Source: an uncultured Acidobacteriota bacterium (GTDB taxonomy: Bacteria; Acidobacteriota; Blastocatellia; Pyrinomonadales; Pyrinomonadaceae). Taken from it: a DNA stretch of 64,000 bases. Position 1 is the stretch's first letter; the number at the start of each line of letters is the position of its first letter. A program made the translations under genes and the position numbers. The DNA lies in assembly GCA_963770215.1 (NCBI GenBank), contig CAVYOP010000014.1, positions 396,940 to 460,939 of the forward strand, written 5' to 3'. Shown here piece by piece: positions 49,814 to 61,600 of the stretch. The notes below the pieces were generated by a model. That model was not told the DNA's origin and made no database searches. It worked only from the letters and a program-made list of their open reading frames with translations.

Positions 49814-50785
49814 TCACTGCTGTATTGTCTTGGCTGGCTGAGCCATCGCACGCAACTCATCTTTAGGCCCGGGCAAGTAGACCTTGTGCGCGAGCCTCGT
49901 CTTTTTTAAAAACCAAATGCAGTACCAGGCGGGGTCCCACTGGTACCAACGCAGACCATGCCGGGCCGATCGTTGATGAGCATGGTGATTGTTGTGCCAT
50001 CCTTCGCCGAAAATGATCAGCGCCACCAGAAAATTGTTTACTGAGGTGTCTGCTCCGCCGGTCTTGTAAGGACGCGATCCGATTTCGTGACAAACGGAAT
50101 TGATGAACCCAAACGCGTGCAGCACGGCTACGCGATTGAGCAGGCCAACCCAAACGAAGAAACACATCGCGTTGTATGAGTCGAACTGAAACGGCGCGGT
50201 CTGAAGCCCGCCGATCAGTCCGCCCGCAAGATACGAGACGATCAGGATTCCGAAGTAAGTGAGATAGTCACGCCTTTCATTATCCAGAAAACGGTACAGC
50301 GGGTCGTGCAACAGATCGGGAGTCAGCTTGCGATAAACCTCAGTGTCCCAAACATCTCGTCGTCTTCGCTGGTGCCAGCCGAAATGCACGTGCAGCAGTC
50401 CTTCGCGCGGCGTATGCGGATCGCGGCCGGGAATATCGCTGTAGCGGTGGTGCAATCGATGCATCGCCACCCAGAAGATCGGCCCACGCTGGATGGCGAG
50501 ATAACCGGAGATCGCGATGACGTGTTCGAGCCACTTGGGCACTTCGAATCCGCGGTGCGCGAAAAGCCGGTGATAACCGAGCGTTAGACCAAGACCCGTG
50601 ATCGTGTAGAAAATCAGAAACCCGATGATCGCGGAGCGGGAGTAAAAGAAGAACGGAAGCACACAGGCCGCCAGCGTCGAAGCCACATTGACAATCGTGA
50701 ACGGAACATCGAGACGCGTTTCGTTCAGCACAGCGGTCGCTGTGCCTGCCGTCGTCGTCATACTAATGTTGTTCACGTGACTCAT
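49814..50785 (-). CDS. Acyl-CoA/acyl-lipid desaturase (membrane di-iron, Delta9-like).
   Basis: 323-aa ORF with three histidine boxes: HRLFAHR, HRLHHRYSD and GEGWHNNHHA. Confidence 0.85.
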   Translation of the reverse strand: MSHVNNISMTTTAGTATAVLNETRLDVPFTIVNVASTLAACVLPFFFYSRSAIIGFLIFYTITGLGLTLGYHRLFAHRGFEVPKWLEHVIAISGYLAIQRGPIFWVAMHRLHHRYSDIPGRDPHTPREGLLHVHFGWHQRRRRDVWDTEVYRKLTPDLLHDPLYRFLDNERRDYLTYFGILIVSYLAGGLIGGLQTAPFQFDSYNAMCFFVWVGLLNRVAVLHAFGFINSVCHEIGSRPYKTGGADTSVNNFLVALIIFGEGWHNNHHAHQRSARHGLRWYQWDPAWYCIWFLKKTRLAHKVYLPGPKDELRAMAQPAKTIQQ

Positions 50786-50788
50786 AAA

Positions 50789-53059
50789 TCAACGTCCGCG
50801 ATTGCGCGCGGGGCTTGCTGCCGGCGATGGACTCGGACTGGGCTGCGCAGTGCCACTTGTCGGCGTATAGGGCTGCGATTTCGCTGCCTGCTCGATGGAC
50901 TGGCAAAAAGCTTTTCTATCGAAGCCGCCCTCACCTTCGGGTAGATTGCCGGGCTCAACCCAGTACGAACCCTGATATTCGCGACGGTTTTTTTCATAGA
51001 AAGGCGACATCGCGTCGAGTAGCGCAGTCCGCTGCGCCAGTCGGTTCTTCGTTTCCGGATGGCTGTCGAGAAACTCCTGGACCGAACGCAGCGCCTTCAA
51101 ATACTCGATGATGTCGAGTCGTTGATCGGGACTGAGATAAGGACCAATAACGCCACGCGTATTCGGAGCAGCGTCGCGAAATTCGTGTCCCGCATTGGAG
51201 TTCCCTGCCAGCGAAGTGTCGTAAAGAAATGCTCCCTCAACGGAATCATTGCGGTAGCCGAGGTAAACGGGATCAAATTCCCTGGTTCCGACCCAGAAAG
51301 TCTTTGCCCGCTCGTTTACGGGCGAGAGCAGTTCGTAGATCGTGCGTATCGATCCGTTGTGAAGAAATGGTCCGGTGGACCAGTAACCGTCAAGCGGCCG
51401 CGCCGGATAACCGAGCGGCGCGCGAAACAGATTTTCGCGATGGCCCTGCATGATCGCGCGGCAATCTCCGGAAATATTGTGTTCGTTGAACCAGCGATTG
51501 AGGATGTTTGTGATGCTGACGGTGAGAATTTCGCCGATGCCGACTACGTCTTTGCCGTTTAAGGCTGACTTGAGATATCCGGTTTGCACCTGTCGCGCCG
51601 CAAACTGTTTTGCGTCATCGGGATCCGTGTCCATAATCTCCTGCCGGTAGAGCGGGAGTTGCAGGAAACGACCGTATTGACTGTTGGACGAATAAGCGCC
51701 AATCGGTTCAAACGCCGGTGCATGGCAACGAGCACAGTATCCGGTCTTGGGCCGATCAGGATTTGGACCAAGAACCAGGGCGTTCGGGTCGGCCGGTAAC
51801 TCAGCCTGTTCCGCCGGAGGGGCTTTGTCCCAGACCGCTTGCTCGTAGAGAAATTTGCCACGCGCAAACCTGGCCTGATCGATCGGACCGAGAATGCCGG
51901 CCGGCCATTCGGGCGCCTGAAGCACGGACAGCAGCGTTTCCATCCAAAACATGTCGTCGATGTTCGCGGTAGCCGCCCAGCGCTTCCCCTCGTCCTTCAG
52001 CTCGACTCTGACACTCACACCCCAGGCCTCGGTGACGTTGCGTCCGAGTGGTTGGCGGATCGCCGTGGTTGATTGGACCCAGTCGTATTCGTGCGTGTAC
52101 CAGAGCGGTGGAAAGCTGACTGGACCGGTGTTTACGTTTACGTTCCGATAACAGTGCCGGTCCAACTTGCTGGTGCACACGTCGAGTGGTCCAAACTCGC
52201 CGTTCACGCCGCGGCCGAGGGCAGACGTGCGCGTGAATCCCTCGGTGGTCGGATAAGTGTGACGCATCAAGGCAATGATGGCTGAGTCAACCAGATCGCT
52301 ATTGAAGTATCTTTTTACTTGTTGCCGCAGCGTTGCCTTAGCCTGCGCCGAGCAACGGGCGTTGTCGCCAAGCCCGTAGACGCGACTGCAAAAGCGTTCG
52401 AACCTTGAAGGGACTGTTGAAGTCAACATCAGGGAGAACACCATGTCGCCGGACCACTTATCAAAATTCCAAAAGCTTTGTCCGCCATCGATTCGCATGG
52501 CGGTGCCGTTGTACAGAATCTGGCCGGTATGACAGGCCGCACAGGAAATGCTGGCCCATTCCTTCTGACCTTCTCCGAGGTTCTCGACGTACTGATCGGC
52601 CACGATGTTCTTGACGATCCCGACAGGCATCAGGTCTTTGTTGTATTCCGCGTTGTTATCGGGCAGCAGACCGTACCTGGCCTGGACGTGAGGCGCCGCA
52701 AACATCTCGTGGCTGGTGCGCCATTCGAGTGCGCGAAACCACGCGTACGGCATCACGAGGCTCCCCTGGCTCGTTTGGTAGTAGCGCTCGCGTTGATTGT
52801 CGGTCCATTGATCTTTCCCACCGTAGGAAGCGACTGCAGGTGCGGCTGTCCCGTCTGTCGCCGGCGCAGTCGTGTCGCCGCGTTGTGGTGGGAGTACGAA
52901 GTAATTGGAATAAACAGGCGGCTCCGGCAGGCGCACGAAAACAGAGGCGTAGAGTTTATAAGCAACGAAGCCGAGCAGCGCTAACAGGCCCACGACCCAT
53001 AACGTGTAATTCGTTGCCAGGCGGTTGATGAGCGAATCGAGCAGTTTGACTATTTTCAT
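50789..53059 (-). CDS. Di-haem cytochrome c peroxidase-family protein, membrane anchored.
   Basis: 756-aa ORF. N-terminal TM segment. Two CxxCH motifs (CAACHTGQ, CARCHAP). GGAGG RBS before the ATG at 53059. Confidence 0.7.
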   Translation of the reverse strand: MKIVKLLDSLINRLATNYTLWVVGLLALLGFVAYKLYASVFVRLPEPPVYSNYFVLPPQRGDTTAPATDGTAAPAVASYGGKDQWTDNQRERYYQTSQGSLVMPYAWFRALEWRTSHEMFAAPHVQARYGLLPDNNAEYNKDLMPVGIVKNIVADQYVENLGEGQKEWASISCAACHTGQILYNGTAMRIDGGQSFWNFDKWSGDMVFSLMLTSTVPSRFERFCSRVYGLGDNARCSAQAKATLRQQVKRYFNSDLVDSAIIALMRHTYPTTEGFTRTSALGRGVNGEFGPLDVCTSKLDRHCYRNVNVNTGPVSFPPLWYTHEYDWVQSTTAIRQPLGRNVTEAWGVSVRVELKDEGKRWAATANIDDMFWMETLLSVLQAPEWPAGILGPIDQARFARGKFLYEQAVWDKAPPAEQAELPADPNALVLGPNPDRPKTGYCARCHAPAFEPIGAYSSNSQYGRFLQLPLYRQEIMDTDPDDAKQFAARQVQTGYLKSALNGKDVVGIGEILTVSITNILNRWFNEHNISGDCRAIMQGHRENLFRAPLGYPARPLDGYWSTGPFLHNGSIRTIYELLSPVNERAKTFWVGTREFDPVYLGYRNDSVEGAFLYDTSLAGNSNAGHEFRDAAPNTRGVIGPYLSPDQRLDIIEYLKALRSVQEFLDSHPETKNRLAQRTALLDAMSPFYEKNRREYQGSYWVEPGNLPEGEGGFDRKAFCQSIEQAAKSQPYTPTSGTAQPSPSPSPAASPARNRGR

Positions 53060-53086
53060 GCATCCTCCATAGTGGCGCCGGAAGCG

Positions 53087-53515
53087 CTATGGTTGATACT
53101 TGGTTCCGAGATACATAAAGAAGGCTATGAGCAGCACAAACACCCACTGAAACGCGCGCAGCATCGTCTTTATGTAGGATTGGCCGGGCCGCAGCGACAA
53201 TGCGCCTATCAGCCAGATCTCGATGAAGATGAGAATCCAGAACACGATCAGAAAATAGATAAGCACTATCCCGTAAGGAATGAGTGTGCCGATGCCAACC
53301 ATGACGTTCACCACAATCGTGACGAGCAGGTTGACGGTAAAGAAGTGCCACACTGTGCGATAGAAGCCCTTTACAACTTCGGGTCCGCCAAACGGGAAAG
53401 AGGGGAAGCCTTCGTCCTTGAGCTTGGGCCAAATCCACACTTCAAACGTGTAGATGTGCAGTGAGATCGCTACCGTCGCGACGACGGCGGCAATCAGCAG
53501 GTAGATGTTTACCAT
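53087..53515 (-). CDS. Hypothetical 4-TM membrane protein.
   Basis: 142-aa hydrophobic ORF with a GGAGG RBS. It is co-directional and closely spaced with its neighbours. Confidence 0.5.
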   Translation of the reverse strand: MVNIYLLIAAVVATVAISLHIYTFEVWIWPKLKDEGFPSFPFGGPEVVKGFYRTVWHFFTVNLLVTIVVNVMVGIGTLIPYGIVLIYFLIVFWILIFIEIWLIGALSLRPGQSYIKTMLRAFQWVFVLLIAFFMYLGTKYQP

Positions 53516-53584
53516 TTAGCTAAAGTCCTCCGTTGAGGGAGAGTGTCCCACTCTCAGTGAGAATCGATGCGCGTTCGGCCGGAA

Positions 53585-55339
53585 CTATTCTTGTGACTTA
53601 ACGGGTAACCATTCCTGGTTCCACGCCTTGAACACGTCACGAATGTAGCTTCGCTTACGACGAGCCGATGCGCGGTTGCTATCCAGAATTGAAGCGAGGA
53701 TGTACTTGTACGCGGTAAACGAGCTCCAGCCGAAAAGCGACTTGCGCAAGGGGCTCGGAGCAAAAAAAGTAAACCAGAAATACATCTTGGTCATGCCCCA
53801 GATCGTGAAGGCCGGCGTGGTCCGCACAAATGATTCGTGCCAGCGCCAGTAACTCGGCACATATTTGAGGCCGTCGAACAGACTGCGTATTTTCTTTGCC
53901 GCCTCAGCCGGAGTGGTCTCGCCATCGCTGACGCGATCCATCTCTGCAAGGGCCGGCCCGAAAGAGCTTTTGAAACTCCGTAAACTTTCCGCCCAGCAGT
54001 ACCGAGTATGGTTCCTTGCCTGACATCTCGAGCACGTCCCGGTCCTTCGTCTCGATGTACTTCAAGTAGAGACTGGCGTTAAGACAGGTGCCGATGAACA
54101 GACCGACGACCCAGACACGGAACCACGAGTCCCAAAGATCGAAATCGCGGAACGCAACAAAAGAGCTGCTCACCATCTTGGTCGGCGTAAGTTATGTTGT
54201 TGACGAAAAACTGGTTGAGGTGCTCGAAGTTTTCCACTGCAAAATCGTTTGTCCTGGAACGCCTTTAGCAATTGGCCGCCCAGCAGATCGACCCAGGCAG
54301 TAGTCAGGGCCAGCCCGGTGGAATACAGCGGGTCGATGAAGAAACCGGCGTGCGACAAGAGACAGTAACGATGGCCCGTGATGTTTTTTGATCCGTACTG
54401 CAACCGCCCGGTGCTGACCCAGTTGCGCACCGGCTGCGCACCTTCGAACTGCATGGACCATGTCGGGAAACTTGTTGACGAACGACCAGAATTCCGTTTC
54501 CGCGTCCATGCCGGTTTCCGGATGAACTCGGCGATTGAGCACCAGCCCAACACTACAGAGCGGATTGGTGCTGTCCTGGTGATTGTTGAAAGGAATGATC
54601 CAGAACCAGCCGCCCTCGAAGACGTGGTGCAGCGTGCTTTGCGACAGCGGATATTTCAGTCCGTGGTTCTGTCGCGGCTGCCGACCTGGTCGTACAACTT
54701 AACGCCTACCATGTGCGTGAAAATGGCGCGCGTGTTTGTGCGGAACTTCTCCGGGATCGTCGCGCAGGCCAAACTTGTGCGACAGAACAGATTTCATCCC
54801 CGTGCCGTCGACCAAAAACTTTCCTTTAAACGTTTCGCCTTTGTCGCTGGTGAGCGTGACGAGATCTTCCTGGATATCGATCTCCGCAATCTTGGTTTGC
54901 TGCCGCACGTTCGCGCCGTAATTCAACGCCATCGCCATCATGTAAGCGTCCGTGTCCTGGCGGAAGAAATGGCAATCAGGTCCCATTGGCGGCGCGAGCG
55001 TCGGATACTGGTGCGTCTCCAGTGCGTTCTGGTCCTGGCCCTCTCGCTGGTAGAGAAAACTGAACGCGCGCTTCACACCGCAGGCGGGACTGACGAGATC
55101 GCGAGTTGAATGAAAAGCACTGAGGGGGGCGATCTCCGGCACGTCGTATTTCAACGATAGGAGTTTCAAACGAAAGTTGGTATCGGGAGTCGTTGCCTCG
55201 CCAATCGCAAACCGCGGATGACTCTCGGAGTCGAGCATCAGCACGTTCAGGCCGTGACGTGAGCAAGGATCGAGCCCAGCATTCCTCCGCCGATGCCTGT
55301 TCCAAGAATCAGGACGTCGTAGATAGGCTTAACGGTCAT
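53585..55339 (-). pseudogene. Flavin-dependent (tryptophan-type) halogenase, with several frameshifts.
   Basis: ATG at 55339 gives MTVKPIYDVLILGTGIGGG (GxGxxG). I translated HHVFEGGWFWIIPFNNHQD (WxWxIP motif) from about 54545..54630 on the minus strand. Fragments are 54699..55244, 54170..54553, 53904..54176 and 53585..53941. Confidence 0.75.
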
Positions 55340-55377
55340 TTCATCCTCGCAATCTCTGTTTCATAATTCGGAATGGA

Positions 55378-56327
55378 TCAAAAGAAATCTTCCAGACGGC
55401 GCTTCACGCTGTTTCGCAGAGCCAGGTAACACTCGCTCCGTATGTCGGCTTCGGCGGCTGTCGTGTTCAGATAACTATTCAACTCAGCGTCGATCAGTTT
55501 GGAGGTTTCGGTTACTGTGAGATTCAGGAGCAACGAACAGACTTCATCGGTCCAGTGAGCAGGATTTTCTCCCCTGGCGCGCATGTGGGCTGCGAAAGGA
55601 ATGCCGCTCAACAAATCGAATCGATATTCGCCGGCCAATTTCGGGAGCATCGGGATCACGCCCGCGGACATTCCTCCGGCATACGCGACTGCGGTCCCGA
55701 TTCCGGTCCACATCTCCGCTCGACGGTCCCGGTCAAACCGAGAGATCGCGGCAGCTTGATCTGCTCTGCGTCTGCGCCGAACACCCACCACATCGCTCGA
55801 CCGACCCCCGCGTCGAAGAGACCGCGGTTTTGCCGGTTGAGCGATATTGGTGGCGCCTCCCCTCTCTGCGATAAAGAATTTCCACTGAAAGAATCCCTGA
55901 TGAAAGCCGTATCCGTCCGCGAGACACCAGGCGGTCAGCGGATCGAGCTTGCGCTGGTACGATCTCCAGGCGGCGTAAACCAAAAGGAACACGCGCCACG
56001 GCGAAGCCGCCGCCGACCATGGTGATGAAGTCGTGTTGCCGTCCGAACATTCGCGTGAAAACAGTCAGCCGATTTTCAGCGCGCGGAACGACTAAATCCG
56101 CCAGCGCGAAATAGAGATCCGGCGCCTTCATAAGCGAAGCCGACAAGCGGAGGCGTAAACGAGGAGTCGAGCCGCCGGGCGAGCTCCGACATGTCGGCTT
56201 CGACAAGTGCAATGTTGTATCCCGCAATGAACGTCTCAATGATTCGTTCGAGGTGGCGCGGCTGGACGAATTCAATGCCTGGGAAGCCTCGGCGTACGAA
56301 ACGAGGCTTCCTTCGGAGAGAGATCAA
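55378..56327 (-). pseudogene. DUF1702-family protein (possibly UnbL-like), frameshifted.
   Basis: Fragments are 56076..56327 (RRGFPGIEFVQPRHLERIIETFIAGYNIAL...GFAYEGAG), 55733..56275 and 55378..55992 (LADGYGFHQGFF, MWTGIGTAVAYAGG). About 316 codons. The family call is from memory of DUF1702 motifs. Confidence 0.5.
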
Positions 56328-56399
56328 GCAAACGACTCTTCAGCCGAGTTACAACCGAAGGGTTAAGCTGCAATTTGCGTTGCGTCCAACATGGACTTG

Positions 56400-57884
56400 T
56401 TACCAGCCCTGCGAGGAAATTCCGCCGTCCATGATCAGCACGCTGCCCGTAAACAACTTCACCGGCTCACTAAGCAGATAGGCGATGAAGTGAGAGACGT
56501 CGCGGGCCTCGCAAAGACGTGTGTAGGCGGTGTTGTTCTCCCACTGCTGAATCAGACGTTCGCTCTCGGGCCACTTGTTAAGCAACTCTCCGTAGACCGG
56601 GCCCGGCGAGACGCAGTTGACCTGGATGTTGTCCTTCGGCAAACTCGATCGCCATGCTCTTGGTCAGCGACTCGACAGCGGCCTTGACTGCAGCCCATGC
56701 AGCCGAAGTAATCGACATAGCCGTGGGCACGCCGGCGTTGAGAGCGTGATGATCTTGCCGCCGCCTCGTCGTTTCATCAGCTCGACCGCTTTGAGCGCGG
56801 TCTGGTGGAGTCCGACGACGTTCGTGCGGAAGGCTTTTTCCCAGTGCTCGGGCGTGATGTCTTTAAGTCGCGCGAGCATGCCGTTTGAAGCGTTGCTGAT
56901 GAAGAAGTCGAGAGCACCGTAAGCTGCGTCTCGATTTGCTGGAAGATCGTCGTCGACGTGTTCGGGATTGGCTACGGAGCCCCACGGATGCATGGCCGTC
57001 GCCGCCGTCCGCCTTGATCTCTTCGACTGTGTTTTCACCTCGCTCGCGAGAGTGGAATGAATTGACGACGACGGACGCGCCGAGTTCGGCCAGATAAGAA
57101 GGCAATGTCGCTGCCGAGTCCGCGGCCCGAGCCGGTAATCAAGGACGACCTTGCCGGCGAACGGTTTGCGTTCCGGAGTGAGGGCGGCGAACGACTGCGC
57201 GGATGTCACGTCAGCAAGTGGCGCTGGAGTTTCAAGCACAGTGACCGTTGCCGAGCCGGAGCCATTTGTCGGCGGTGACGCAGCCTGAAAATGTCCCAGG
57301 TAGCCGTGGAGTGCTTCGGTAATTCCGGCGATCGACTTGAGCTGCTCGCGCGGGAGATCGAGTTTCTCAGGCAGGTTGTATTGTTCGCGCAAAACGGCGA
57401 ACACTTCTCCCAACTTCACGGAATCGATTCCCAGATCTTCTTCCAATGCGGCGGTGGGTTCGAGGATCACTAACGGATAGCGAGTTACCTGCGCGAAGAT
57501 CTCACGCACCTTTTCCAGCAGCGCCGCCGTGTCGCCATGACCATTGCCTGTTGCTTCATGTCCATTTGAGCCTGTGGCTTGTGGCGCCGTGGGCAACGCC
57601 GGTGTCGGCGGCGGCGTGTGTTTGAGATACACCTGGAGCGCTTCCGCGATACCACCAATCGTCCGGAGTTGTTCACGCGGCAGGTCGAGCTTTTCCGGCA
57701 GGTCGTATTGCTCGCGCAAGACGGCAAAGACTTCGCCGAGTTTTACCGAGTCGATCCCAAGATCCTCTTCCAGTCCGGACGACAGATCCAACACTTCGAG
57801 CGGATAGCGAGTCACTTGCGCGAAGATATTCCGGATATCATTGCTGAGGTTACTCGCAACGGGAACTGTGTGTGTTGAGCTCAT
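56400..57884 (-). pseudogene. Tandem acyl carrier protein (two ACP domains) fused to an SDR ketoreductase-like domain. The SDR part is frameshifted.
   Basis: ORF 56664..57884 has two near-identical ACP repeats (EEDLGIDSVKLGEVFAVLREQY). The Rossmann start FAGKVVL, then ISNASNG and the C-terminus FTGSVLIMDGGISSQGW (ORF 56400..56642) lie in shifted frames. Confidence 0.75.
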
Positions 57885-58677
57885 TTATTACTCCAGACTG
57901 AGGATTCATAACGGTGAGAATCCAATTCCGTGTGCCGGCCACCGCAACCTGCACCGGTATTTCACCCTGCGGCTCTTTGATCCGAACCGGAAACGAAACC
58001 AGGTGGTCCATCGCCAACGCATCGGTCGCCGCAGGGACAAATCTGCCGAGGTTAGAGAGATCTTCGATCTCGATGCGCGGCAATTCCCAGATTGTGGCGC
58101 TTCTGAGTAGTTTCAACTTCAGCGCGGACTCTTTAAGCGTCCAGAGCAGCGTGAAAAACCAATGCGACTTGAACTCGTCATCACGCGCCCGGCTGCTGAC
58201 CCACCTTCGTTCCGCGACGGTAAAAGTCTTCCTGTAAAAAGCCGTGACTCTCGAGGTCGCGACCTCGATGTCGACCGCAGTGGGCGTCGCGGCCATTGAT
58301 GCGCACGAGACGCCGGTGGTGTGCGACAGCGAGATGTGCTCGTTGCGTTTCGCGCCGCACCACATAAGCACTGGTTTCGCTTGCGGCGTTTCGTCAGGCG
58401 GAAGCACTTCGACGTGCCGGTACAGCCACGGAGAATGACGGCGAAGCATCTCGCACGTCAGTTTCGTGAAGCGGCGTTCGCGCGGCAGAGCGTCGTGGCC
58501 CAACTCGCCCAGTTCGAAGCTGCTGAGAAAAAGGTATTTCGCTGCGAGTCGAGCAGCGAGCCACTCGAGCTTTCGCCGGGTGCTCGAGAGCTGCGCCCAG
58601 CGTTTCAGTTCACTCATCGATAAATGAGTGGTGTAATCCGCGCTGAGCAACTCGCGCGATTCCAGAAGTGCAGCCAT
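57850..58677 (-). CDS. 4'-phosphopantetheinyl transferase (Sfp/PfaE-like).
   Basis: WLAARLAAKYLFL, HISLSHTTGVSCASMA and WTLKESALKL (W/FxxKES) motifs. The likely Met is at 58677, 7 nt after the PKS stop. The track ORF extends to 58728. Confidence 0.75.
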   Translation of the reverse strand: MAALLESRELLSADYTTHLSMSELKRWAQLSSTRRKLEWLAARLAAKYLFLSSFELGELGHDALPRERRFTKLTCEMLRRHSPWLYRHVEVLPPDETPQAKPVLMWCGAKRNEHISLSHTTGVSCASMAATPTAVDIEVATSRVTAFYRKTFTVAERRWVSSRARDDEFKSHWFFTLLWTLKESALKLKLLRSATIWELPRIEIEDLSNLGRFVPAATDALAMDHLVSFPVRIKEPQGEIPVQVAVAGTRNWILTVMNPQSGVINELNTHSSRCE

Positions 58678-58684
58678 GCAACCT

Positions 58685-61600
58685 TCAGGAACCGGCTGAG
58701 GAGACCTTGGTGTACAGGCCGTGTACACTAGTTACTTCTCCGAATCTGCGGCATATGCCGCGTTCCACAATCACTAACGTGTTCCCATTCTCGTCGGTCG
58801 CTTCGACCGGACCCATGTGAAGCCGTTCGCCGTCCGGCCGTGGGTTTGCGCCATAGAGTGTCAATGGTGAAGACAAGGGCAAGACAAAGTCGTGGAAGTC
58901 GAAAAATATCTTCATCACTTCGCAAGCTTCGGGAACAAAAACCGGCAGCGCGTTTCCTTCAACTCGAATGACGCCAAATCTCCAGAGCGAATCCATGAGC
59001 ACGATCTTTGCGAGCAGCGCTTGCTGGCCGGCGCTGCAATCGTTGACGTTGTCCAGTCGCAAATGAGCCGATCGGTGATCGGGGCCGACGATCAGGTTCT
59101 TAATCGCGTCAAAAGGTCCGCTTAGCAGGACAGACGATCCGCTCATCGTGAAGGGATCGGGTAAGGCGCTGCCGTTGATAACGCTGTCTCTGGAGGTCCG
59201 CGGTGGCGCCGCACATTGGGCCGCCATGCGCACGAGGATCTCGTGTTGCAGCACGTCCTTTTGCAACGTGATGCCTGAGCTGTGAACAAAGTCCGAGAGA
59301 ATGCGGACTTGCACAACAGTGCTTGCGTCGTCTTCGGAAACGATGTGTGATTCGACGCGGAGACGCGTCTTTCGTTGCTTAAAAACTTTGGTGAACCGGC
59401 GAAATCCGGCGTGCTCAAACGAAATGATCTTTAAGTTTGGTCTAAGCTCCTGCGCCGCATCCGCAAAAACAGAAATTACGAAAGCGCCCGGGAGAGTCGG
59501 TACTCCGTCGACGAGATGATTGTTGAGATAGGGAATGTTTTCGACTGAAATCTCACGTTCAATTACGCACGAGTCGCGGAGCAGTTTGACTGGTGCAGCC
59601 GGGACTTCAGCAGCAGCAGAACTGATTGCGACTTTGTAAAAATCGATCTCACCGTCGGCCATCAGTATGTTGACCGGCGTTGACGGCGGTCCCTGCATCA
59701 ACTCGGCAAAGATGCGTTGTCCTTCTTCTTTCGTAACGCCTCTCAGCCTTCGTGAAGCGGCGAGTGCCGCAAACTCCGAATCGCGCGTCATTCCGATTCC
59801 GGCCCAGCCAAGCCACGCCATCGACGACCAGTGCGCTTCGTTCGAGACGGAGTTCATACACTCGGCGATGCGATTCATGGCTTCATTGGCGGCGCCGTAA
59901 TCGGGTTGCCCGTCATTGCCCATGTAGCTGAACGCGGAGGTGAGGATATGAAAGTGGACCGGTTGCCCGTTGCGGTGCTTTTCGCAGGCGTTATACAGAT
60001 TGCTCAGGCCATCCAGCTTCGTAGCAACGATTTTGCGAAAGTCGTGAATAGACTTTTTCGTCAGCGCCTTTGAGATCTGAATGCCCGCGCCGTGCAGCAC
60101 CAGATCGACGCGGCCGTACTTGCGATAGACTTCCGCCACGACTTGCTCGATCGCTTCCCTGTTTACGATATCAACGCTGTGGTATTCGTATCTGCCCGAA
60201 ATCGCCTGCAACTCGCTCGTTAAGCGATGCACCTCGTTGGCTGCTCGAAAGGCGCGATACTCCTGCTTGAGCTCGGTTATTTTCTTTTTACCTTCCGCCA
60301 TGCCCTGGCGGTAGAACTCTGCCTCGTAATTCGCGAGCGTCTGCTCGTCCATCGCTCTTACGTGTTCGGGTGCGGAATTCGGATCGGTGCGGCCCAGTGC
60401 GATCACGCGGCAACCGGCTTTCCTGAGCAGATCTTCTATGAGCACGGCGGTCACGCCGCGCGCGCCACCAGTGGCGATAACGACGGAGTCGGAATCGATA
60501 TACGGCGTGTTTGACTGGCTGAGCCGCTCGATCGGAACGAGTGTGAAAGTGCTGCGAGCACCTGCTCGATAACAGACTTCAACCGCGTCGTCCGCTTGGC
60601 CCAGCTCGATCTCTACACATCTCAGTGCTTCGTAAAAGCTGCCGCTATCGGTGTTGATTACACGACAGAGCGGACCATCAAGCTCTCGCGCAAGCGATTT
60701 GATAAACCCGGAAGCGAGGCCCGTGTAAGGATCGAGCAGCTCGTCGTGATAGGCGTTCAGACACAGGGCCACGATGGGAATTCGGCGGCTCTTGATCGTG
60801 TCATAGCTTTTCCGGCAAACGGAAAACAACGATTCGATCCAGCGGAGCTCGGTATGTGAGCCATCGCGTAGCAGCGATTCCTGGCGCCGACCTTCGAGAG
60901 TCTTGATCGCGATAATGACGTCGAAATCAAACTGGTCTAAAGCCATTAAGGATTCGGCAACGCTTTCATCGGACGCGAGGTCGAGCGGCAGAAGTTTCGC
61001 GAGTCTGCGATCGCCGGCACAAACTACGCGATAGTCGAAGGGCGCGAGAGCGCCTGAGCTTTCCAGCATAGACCAGTGATCGGGTTGATCGATTACGAAA
61101 AGAATCTTCCGGTCCTTCAAGGTCTTTGGCTCGCCGGTCGCTTTCGCAGCGATCAGACGGGGTGAGTAAAAGCGTATCGGCGTGCCCTGCACGTATGCAT
61201 GACTCCGCGGAGGATCGGGCGCGATCTCAGGCGCCGGGGCCGCGGGAGTTTGGATCTCGACTGTCGGCTCAAAAACTAAACTTCTACCGGTAAACGGTCC
61301 ACTCGTTTCACGAAACGCAGTGGGAGCACCCTGCTCGCGCGTTTTCTGTAACGCATCGAGTATTTCCGTAACGCCTTCAGCGCCTCGGTAATTGCGAGCG
61401 CGATCTCCGTTAGTGCTTTGTTGCAAGCCAAAGTTTTCGTGTGTCCGGTCAAGTCTCAACGTGCTGAGTATCGGCAGCCCTTCACTCTCGGCAGTTTCAA
61501 CTGTCGTCAAGCCGAGCAGGACCGCGCACTCCGCATCGTTTGAACCGGCTTTGGTGTTTGCATTGATGGCGCCGGCAAGCACGATTTTGCACGCACCATG

